Positions 52,422 through 57,298 of a stretch of 57,298 bases of DNA are shown in pieces; positions within the stretch are counted from its first letter, which is position 1; every line of letters begins with the position of its first letter. Made by a program: the position numbers and the translations under genes. The DNA comes from Parcubacteria group bacterium. GTDB lineage: Bacteria > Patescibacteriota > Minisyncoccia > Phycocordibacterales > Phycocordibacteraceae. The notes below the pieces were generated by a model that was given only the letters and a program-made list of their open reading frames with translations, ran no database searches and was not told the DNA's origin. The stretch lies in assembly GCA_028286945.1 (NCBI GenBank), contig JAQBQR010000020.1, positions 1-57,298 of the forward strand. The letters are read 5' to 3'.

Positions 52422-52435
52422 TAACTGTGTAGAAA

Positions 52436-52465
52436 TTGACAATACCTTATATATAAGGTATTGTG
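52436..52465 (+). promoter_or_regulatory. TTGACA -35 overlapping a perfect 24-bp palindrome (operator-like), with a TATTGT -10 candidate
   Basis: TTGACA at 52436-52441. The palindrome caataccttata/tataaggtattg spans 52440-52463, and tattgt lies at 52460-52465. Confidence 0.5.
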
Positions 52466-52500
52466 AGTGGCAGTAAACCGCATTCTTTAGGGGACACGAC

Positions 52501-54318
52501 ATGAGTCGCATTACCGTCGCGAGGGGGGTGTGGACCACATTCCGCACGTCCTTCACCAACGTCCATCGCGAACTGCTTAGCATCGATCGCACCTACGTCA
52601 TATACGAATGGTGTAGCGATATTCTCGGTACTGTTCGCACTCTGGGAATCGTTGTTGCCGGTGGAGCGATTCTACAAGAAGCGCTCCGTAAGTCCACACC
52701 TTCGTGGACACTGGTGCTTATCGGAATGATGGGGTTTGCGCTTTACAGCGTATTCACCACCCTTCTACACAGTTGGTTAACCGAACGCGGCGAGATCTTT
52801 GACGCCTTATACTTCACACAAACCGAACGTCGCATGGCGAAGCATCTTTCGACGCTTGATCTCGGCAGAATGCTGGACCCTGCGTTTCTCGAGCTTTCCC
52901 AAATGGCAGATCGGAGAGGCACTCACTCGATCAATAGCTTATGGAGTACGCAGCGACAAACGGTTGCCGCCGCTCTTGGCATTCTGCTATCTTCGGCAAT
53001 TATATTGAATCTCGATCCATTTCTCGGACTACTTGCGATATGCTTCGCGCTTCCGCAAGTACTCCGTACGTGGTTCAGGGAGAAGCGACATCGTGAACTG
53101 GACGAGCAAGAAGCGCTTACTCGTCGGCAGCGAAACGAAGTGAATGAGAGTATATCGGTGGCTCGCCTTGCGGTGACCACTCGACTGCTCTCGCTCACGA
53201 GATCGTTCGTCGACTATTACGACGATCTTACCGCAGTACTGTTCAATAATATCCGCGTGCTTGCTCGATTCAACCGCCACTGGCGGCTCGGGATCGGGTT
53301 GATCGAGATGGTCATCCTCTGCCTATTCCTCTGGCACTTTGCCAGCGGGTTGGTTGGGGGGAAATACACGATCGTTGCAATGGCAGCAATCTTCGCAAGC
53401 ATGCACATGCTTTCGAGTGAACTGTCAGGCTTCGGCAGCTCTCTTGCGCACATGGATCATCTCCAGCGCGACTACGACTATCTCGTTTCGTTCTTCGAGA
53501 CGAAGCCGCTCGTGGATGAGAGCCTCTGCAGCGACGTACAGTTCCGTCACACACCGACGATTACGGTCGACCATGCGTCGTTCACGTATCCCGGTTCCGG
53601 CGATCCTGCACTTCGCGACTGCTCGCTCATCATCAAGCCCGGTGAGAAAATCGCGCTTGTGGGCAAAAACGGCAGCGGGAAGACAACCCTGCTCCGCATG
53701 CTCGCTCGTGTGTATCTTCCTTCATCGGGAACGATCCTTGCGAATAGCACATCTCTCGCAAAGATGAAGCAAAACGCCTGGCTCGGACATGCGGCGATGA
53801 TCGTTCAAGACGGAATGCTCACCGGTGTCGAGCTTGCGCGGGCCCTGACCGGAAAACCGGCAGATGCACTGAGCGCAGAAGAGCTCGATCGCCTATGGAA
53901 AGCACTCGAGCTCACCGACGCAAAGTCCCTCGTACTTGAGGATCCGCGCGGACTTTCGGTCTGGAACGGACCGGAATGGCCGAACGGTCGAGGTTTCTCG
54001 ACCGGCCAAGAGCAGCGATTGCTGCTTGCAGCTGGCATGTATCGGGCCCTTGAAGCCCAGATGCATGTAGTGATGCTCGACGAGCCAACGGCAAATTGCG
54101 ATGCTGAGATGAAGGCAAACTTCTTCTCCGCTCTTGCGAATGCGCCTGAGCTCGCTCGGCATACGATCCTCGTGAGCATGCACGATCCTCTCTATCTGCA
54201 CTTTTTCAACCGCGTGCTGCAATTCGAAAACGGCATGCTGGTGAACGATTTGCGGAACCCGGAGGAAATCGAAAAGTATAGGAAAGACATCGCGCTTTCA
54301 CTCGCGCATGATCTATAA
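52501..54318 (+). CDS. ABC transporter, fused permease/ATP-binding half-transporter (type I exporter fold)
   Basis: N-terminal about 330-aa TM domain. Walker A GKNGSGKTTL, signature FSTGQEQRLLLA, Walker B VVMLDEPT and H-loop SMHDP. Confidence 0.85.
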   Translation: MSRITVARGVWTTFRTSFTNVHRELLSIDRTYVIYEWCSDILGTVRTLGIVVAGGAILQEALRKSTPSWTLVLIGMMGFALYSVFTTLLHSWLTERGEIFDALYFTQTERRMAKHLSTLDLGRMLDPAFLELSQMADRRGTHSINSLWSTQRQTVAAALGILLSSAIILNLDPFLGLLAICFALPQVLRTWFREKRHRELDEQEALTRRQRNEVNESISVARLAVTTRLLSLTRSFVDYYDDLTAVLFNNIRVLARFNRHWRLGIGLIEMVILCLFLWHFASGLVGGKYTIVAMAAIFASMHMLSSELSGFGSSLAHMDHLQRDYDYLVSFFETKPLVDESLCSDVQFRHTPTITVDHASFTYPGSGDPALRDCSLIIKPGEKIALVGKNGSGKTTLLRMLARVYLPSSGTILANSTSLAKMKQNAWLGHAAMIVQDGMLTGVELARALTGKPADALSAEELDRLWKALELTDAKSLVLEDPRGLSVWNGPEWPNGRGFSTGQEQRLLLAAGMYRALEAQMHVVMLDEPTANCDAEMKANFFSALANAPELARHTILVSMHDPLYLHFFNRVLQFENGMLVNDLRNPEEIEKYRKDIALSLAHDL

Positions 54319-54331
54319 CGTACCTTACCCT

Positions 54332-54364
54332 TACCCCGCCTACACCAGGCGGGGTACGTTTTTA
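54332..54364 (+). terminator. Intrinsic terminator of the ABC cassette
   Basis: taccccgcc-tacacca-ggcggggta followed by cgttttta. Confidence 0.7.
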
Positions 54365-54386
54365 TAGCAACCATTTGTAGCTACTT

Positions 54387-54422
54387 CGGTCTCTCAGTGG
54401 CAGCCAAAAAATACAGAGGTAG
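54387..54422 (+). repeat. Direct repeat, copy 2 (presumed ancestral 3-prime end of ogt)
   Basis: cggtctctcagtggcagccaaaaaatacagaggtag. In the ogt frame it would read ...VSQWQPKNTEVGK then stop. Confidence 0.9.
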
Positions 54423-54434
54423 GGAAGTGAAGTG

Positions 54435-54521
54435 CGGAGACGGAGAGATTCGAACTCTCGAGACCCTTTCGAGCCTGCCGCCTTTCCAAGGCGGTGCACT
54501 AGACCACTATGCGACGTCTCC
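54435..54521 (-). tRNA. tRNA-Ser (anticodon GGA), long variable arm
   Basis: Reverse complement. Acceptor ggagacg/cgtctcc, anticodon stem ccgcc/ggcgg with loop ttGGAaa, T arm gagag-ttcgaat-ctctc. Confidence 0.88.
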
Positions 54522-54542
54522 AGTACAAATCGTTATAACACA

Positions 54543-54583
54543 AAAGGGAAGTGGCAGCTCGAAATGAGCCGCCACTTCCCTTT
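54543..54583. terminator. Hairpin downstream of htpX
   Basis: aaagggaagtggc...gccacttcccttt, a 13-bp stem with a 15-nt loop. Confidence 0.55.
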
Positions 54584-54622
54584 GTACGTCCTATTTCTAT
54601 CTCTGTTTTCCCTCTTACGTTT

Positions 54623-55534
54623 CTATTCTTTCGTCCCACTTAATAGTGCACGTACGCGAGCTTCTGTAGGGGGGTGCGTTGAGAAGAGGCGATTGATCCA
54701 GTCGCCAGCTTTACCACTCTTCGTTTCTCCGTACGGATCCCCTATGAACAAGTGCGCCGTTGCATGACTAACCTTTTGCATTGGTCGGCCATATGCCTCA
54801 ATCTTCGCTAACGCGCTTGCAAGCCCTTCTGGATATCGTGTAAGGAGTGCTCCAGATGCATCTGCCAGAAATTCACGACGGCGCGAAATTGCGAGCTGGA
54901 TGAGCTGCGCAGCAATAGGTGCCAAGATAATCGCAACAATTCCCACTATCAGCATCAAGCCTCCGCTACGGTTGTCATCATCTCTGTTTCCGCCCCAAAG
55001 CGATACGCGCAAGAACATATCAGCAATGATGGCGATAAAACCGGCTAACACCACCGCCACAGTCATCAGAAGGATGTCTTTATTGCGCACGTGAGAAAGT
55101 TCGTGAGCGATAACCCCTTCGAGTTCCGAGCGATTCATCATTGAGAAGAGGCCGGTTGTGGCAGCCACAACGGCATGCTTTTCATTACGTCCTGTGGCAA
55201 AGGCATTCGGGGAAGGGTCTTCAATGACGTAGAGCTTTGGCATTTGGATGCCTGCCGTTATGGAGAGATTTTCTGTAACGGTATAAAAATCAAAGAATTC
55301 TTCTTTGGACGCAGGGCGAGCATTCGTCATTGAAAGAACCTGACGGTCACTAAACCAGTAACTATATATATTCATGAACACCGCGAAGAATACGGCGACG
55401 TACAGAATGCTCGGATTCTGGTAGTAATACGAAATGAAATAGCCGATAGCGAGCACAATGGCGAGGAATATAGCCATTAGAAATGCGGTCTTCCAAATAT
55501 TACGAGAACGTTCTTGATAGAGGGTAAGTGCCAT
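54623..55534 (-). CDS. htpX: Zinc metalloprotease HtpX
   Basis: HELSHVRNKD (HExxH), 4 TM helices and a C-terminal FSTHPPTEARV. Confidence 0.92.
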   Translation of the reverse strand: MALTLYQERSRNIWKTAFLMAIFLAIVLAIGYFISYYYQNPSILYVAVFFAVFMNIYSYWFSDRQVLSMTNARPASKEEFFDFYTVTENLSITAGIQMPKLYVIEDPSPNAFATGRNEKHAVVAATTGLFSMMNRSELEGVIAHELSHVRNKDILLMTVAVVLAGFIAIIADMFLRVSLWGGNRDDDNRSGGLMLIVGIVAIILAPIAAQLIQLAISRRREFLADASGALLTRYPEGLASALAKIEAYGRPMQKVSHATAHLFIGDPYGETKSGKAGDWINRLFSTHPPTEARVRALLSGTKE

Positions 55535-55576
55535 ATATATTCAGTATAGCTAACTGACGGCTACCTGCCAGTTCTG

Positions 55577-55795
55577 TTACTTCGCAAGTTCGAGGTCTTT
55601 GATGCGTCTTGAGTGGCCATCAAGCATTTCAACGACTGTGTCGATTCTGAGGTTTACTTCTTTGAAGCCCTTAACCATCTTATGCTCAAGGATTTCAAAA
55701 CGTTCATCTATTTTCTCAAATCGTTTATCAATACCTAAAAAGCCTTCAGCTACCATCCTTGCCAGTGTGTCGAGATCCATATCTTCTGTTTCCAT
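55577..55795 (-). CDS. Hypothetical small coiled-coil protein (72 aa)
   Basis: ORF only. The heptad-like charged sequence is IDKRFEKIDERFEILEHKMVKGFKEVNLRIDTVVEMLD. Confidence 0.45.
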   Translation of the reverse strand: METEDMDLDTLARMVAEGFLGIDKRFEKIDERFEILEHKMVKGFKEVNLRIDTVVEMLDGHSRRIKDLELAK

Positions 55796-55884
55796 TAGCT
55801 CAGTCTAATAACTGAGTACTGGTGAATATACCAAATTGAGATAAAGAAAAGCTGAGTTTTTTCTAAAATATTTCTGAAGTCACC

Positions 55885-56388
55885 TTACGCTGCTGCCAAC
55901 CGTTCCTCAACCATCAAAATTTCGTGGTCGATTCCTTGAATAAGCTCATACTTTTCTGCTTCTGCGGCAGTAATCCACGCAAACTCCGTAGCGTCTTCAT
56001 CAAGAACTACCTCGCCACTTGCGTATTTGCAGTAAAACGAGAGAACGATAGCCGGTATGCCGTCAGGACGAATGAACGCTACGTCGAGAAGATATTGAAT
56101 ATCACTGACCTCTAGTCCAACTTCTTCACGGATTTCGCGACGAAGTGTAGTTTCAACCGCGTTATACCACTGCGGACTTTCGCTGTTCTGGAACGTTGCT
56201 TCACCAGCCATATAATCCGTGGTTTCAATTCCTCCGCCGGGCACCGTCCATCTATTAGGCCACGCCTTCTTTGTGGGCGAGCGCTTAGTTATGAGATATT
56301 TGCGACTTCCATCCTCATCCTGTTTCCAGATGATACCGGTAATAGCAATCCGATGGAGATCGGTATGGATTGGTTCGGGAGCAGCCAT
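55885..56388 (-). CDS. NUDIX hydrolase
   Basis: The Nudix box is spread over GGGIETTD...LRREIREEVGLEV. Confidence 0.85.
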   Translation of the reverse strand: MAAPEPIHTDLHRIAITGIIWKQDEDGSRKYLITKRSPTKKAWPNRWTVPGGGIETTDYMAGEATFQNSESPQWYNAVETTLRREIREEVGLEVSDIQYLLDVAFIRPDGIPAIVLSFYCKYASGEVVLDEDATEFAWITAAEAEKYELIQGIDHEILMVEERLAAA

Positions 56389-56399
56389 ATGGTTTGGGT

Positions 56400-56963
56400 T
56401 TACTGGAAGGAAACTTTCACCGGTTCACGTGCTGCGGCGTCAGAATCAGCAAGCTGAAAGAGATCCATTTTCTGAATGTGGAAGGAGTTTGCAATGACAT
56501 TGCCAGGGAATGACTGAACTGCGGTATTGAGGTCTTGAACGTTGCCGTTGTAGAAGCGGCGAGCGGCTTGGATCTTATCTTCCGTATCAGCAAGCTGGCG
56601 CTGGAGTTCAAGGAAGTTCTGGTTCGCTTTAAGATCTGGATATGCCTCAGCCACTGCAAAGAGTGTCTTGAGGGTTCCGGAGAGCTGGTTTTCAGCATCT
56701 GCCTTCGCTGCTGGAGTTCCCGCCTGCATAGCTTGTGAACGAGCCTTTGTTACGTTCTCAAAGGCTGCGCTTTCGTGCGTAGCGTATCCCTTAACCGTCT
56801 CCACGAGGTTAGGGATGAGGTCATAACGACGCTTAAGCTGTACATCAATATCTGCCCACGCTTCCTTTGTACGGTTTACTTTCGAAACAAAACCGTTGTA
56901 TGAGGCAATAACGTAAATAATAAGGAGAACGACGATTCCAAGGACGATATATAGAGGTGTCAT
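56400..56963 (-). CDS. lemA: LemA family protein
   Basis: TM anchor, then YNGFVSKVNRTKEAWADIDVQLKRRYDLIPNLVETVKGYATHE...EAYPDLKANQNF...ARRFYN. Start set at the ATG at 56963. Confidence 0.9.
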   Translation of the reverse strand: MTPLYIVLGIVVLLIIYVIASYNGFVSKVNRTKEAWADIDVQLKRRYDLIPNLVETVKGYATHESAAFENVTKARSQAMQAGTPAAKADAENQLSGTLKTLFAVAEAYPDLKANQNFLELQRQLADTEDKIQAARRFYNGNVQDLNTAVQSFPGNVIANSFHIQKMDLFQLADSDAAAREPVKVSFQ

Positions 56964-56996
56964 ATACGTATATTGTAGAACGGCTGGATGAAAGCA

Positions 56997-57025
56997 CAAG
57001 AGCGGCACCGCAGGTGCCGCTCTTG
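56997..57025 (-). terminator. Hairpin terminator after groEL
   Basis: caagagcggcacc-gca-ggtgccgctcttg. Confidence 0.7.
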
Positions 57026-57074
57026 CTCAGGTCTTGTCTAGCAGGGAAGTAGACTCTGTCTTTTAATTTCCCCC

Positions 57075-57298
57075 CTAGTACCCCATTCCATCCATTCCTC
57101 CTCCCATACCCCCCATTTCTCCTGCTCCCGCTTTTGGCTCAGGGAAGTCAGCGACGGCTGCTTCAGTGGTGAGAAGGATAGCAGCAGCAGAGACGGCGTT
57201 CTCAACAGCACCGCGCGTTACCTTAACGGGATCAATGATTCCGGCCTTGAACATATCAGGGACCATCACATCTTTAAGTGCATCGTATCCAGCAAATC
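57075..57298 (-). CDS. groL: Chaperonin GroEL, C-terminal fragment. The 5-prime part lies beyond the right edge.
   Basis: [32 protein letters not shown], then the Gly-Met tail [15 protein letters not shown]. The reading frame is open to the window edge. Confidence 0.9.
   Translation of the reverse strand, partial: FAGYDALKDVMVPDMFKAGIIDPVKVTRGAVENAVSAAAILLTTEAAVADFPEPKAGAGEMGGMGGGMDGMGY

Larger units (their letters stand above)
52422..54386 (+). mobile_element. Putative integrated GC-rich cassette (ABC exporter) bounded by direct repeats. No recombinase.
   Basis: The flanking ~36-bp direct repeat reconstitutes the ogt 3-prime end. It has its own promoter/operator, SD and terminator. 36/60 G+C at 53521-53580 versus 30/60 in gyrA at 8401-8460. 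Confidence 0.5.

Noticed and set aside
1-57298. I searched for CRISPR arrays, rRNA genes, integrases, transposases, IS ends and prophage structural genes.
   Set aside because: None were seen. The only repeats are the ogt 3-prime duplication, the (AT)8 tract, short palindromes and hairpins, and protein-level paralogy in the pilin-like array.

Overview
This 57.3-kb window reads like the backbone of a streamlined, small-genome bacterium of the Patescibacteria/CPR type. That placement is an inference from gene content: tandem T4SS-pilin-like small membrane proteins, many short membrane-anchored Ser/Thr-rich proteins, a B12-dependent class II RNR, and almost no Shine-Dalgarno (SD) sequences on core genes. 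Core genes, in order: an ilvE-like aminotransferase (partial, left edge), gyrA, rpsA, pth, lepB, a degenerate HisRS paralogue, rpsU, ybeY, ftsA, ftsZ, trxB, nfi, tsaD, valS, a PrsW-like protease, Hsp20, lepA, murJ, a Wzy_C-TPR membrane protein, RNase P RNA, nrdJ, ogt, htpX, a Nudix hydrolase, lemA and groEL (partial, right edge). There are also 8 tRNAs (Lys, Leu, Ser-CGA, Glu, Val, Phe, Arg, Ser-GGA). Two things sit on top of this backbone. (1) A tightly coupled three-gene operon (28837-30733) whose large protein carries a Shedu-type DUF4263 PD-(D/E)xK nuclease signature plus a lysine-rich tail. It lies beside tRNA-Ser and tRNA-Glu and is my best candidate for an undescribed defence variant. 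(2) Five visibly GC-richer cassettes at about 1.2-3.4, 11.4-12.8, 14.7-15.2, 32.5-33.0 and 52.4-54.4 kb. Each has its own canonical SD and most have a hairpin terminator and a sigma70-like promoter. Three abut tRNA genes and none carries a recombinase. One is bounded by a ~36-bp direct repeat that duplicates the 3-prime end of ogt. I saw no CRISPR array, rRNA, integrase or transposase. All functional calls come from reading motifs by eye, no database search was run, and GC statements rest on hand counts of 60-nt samples.
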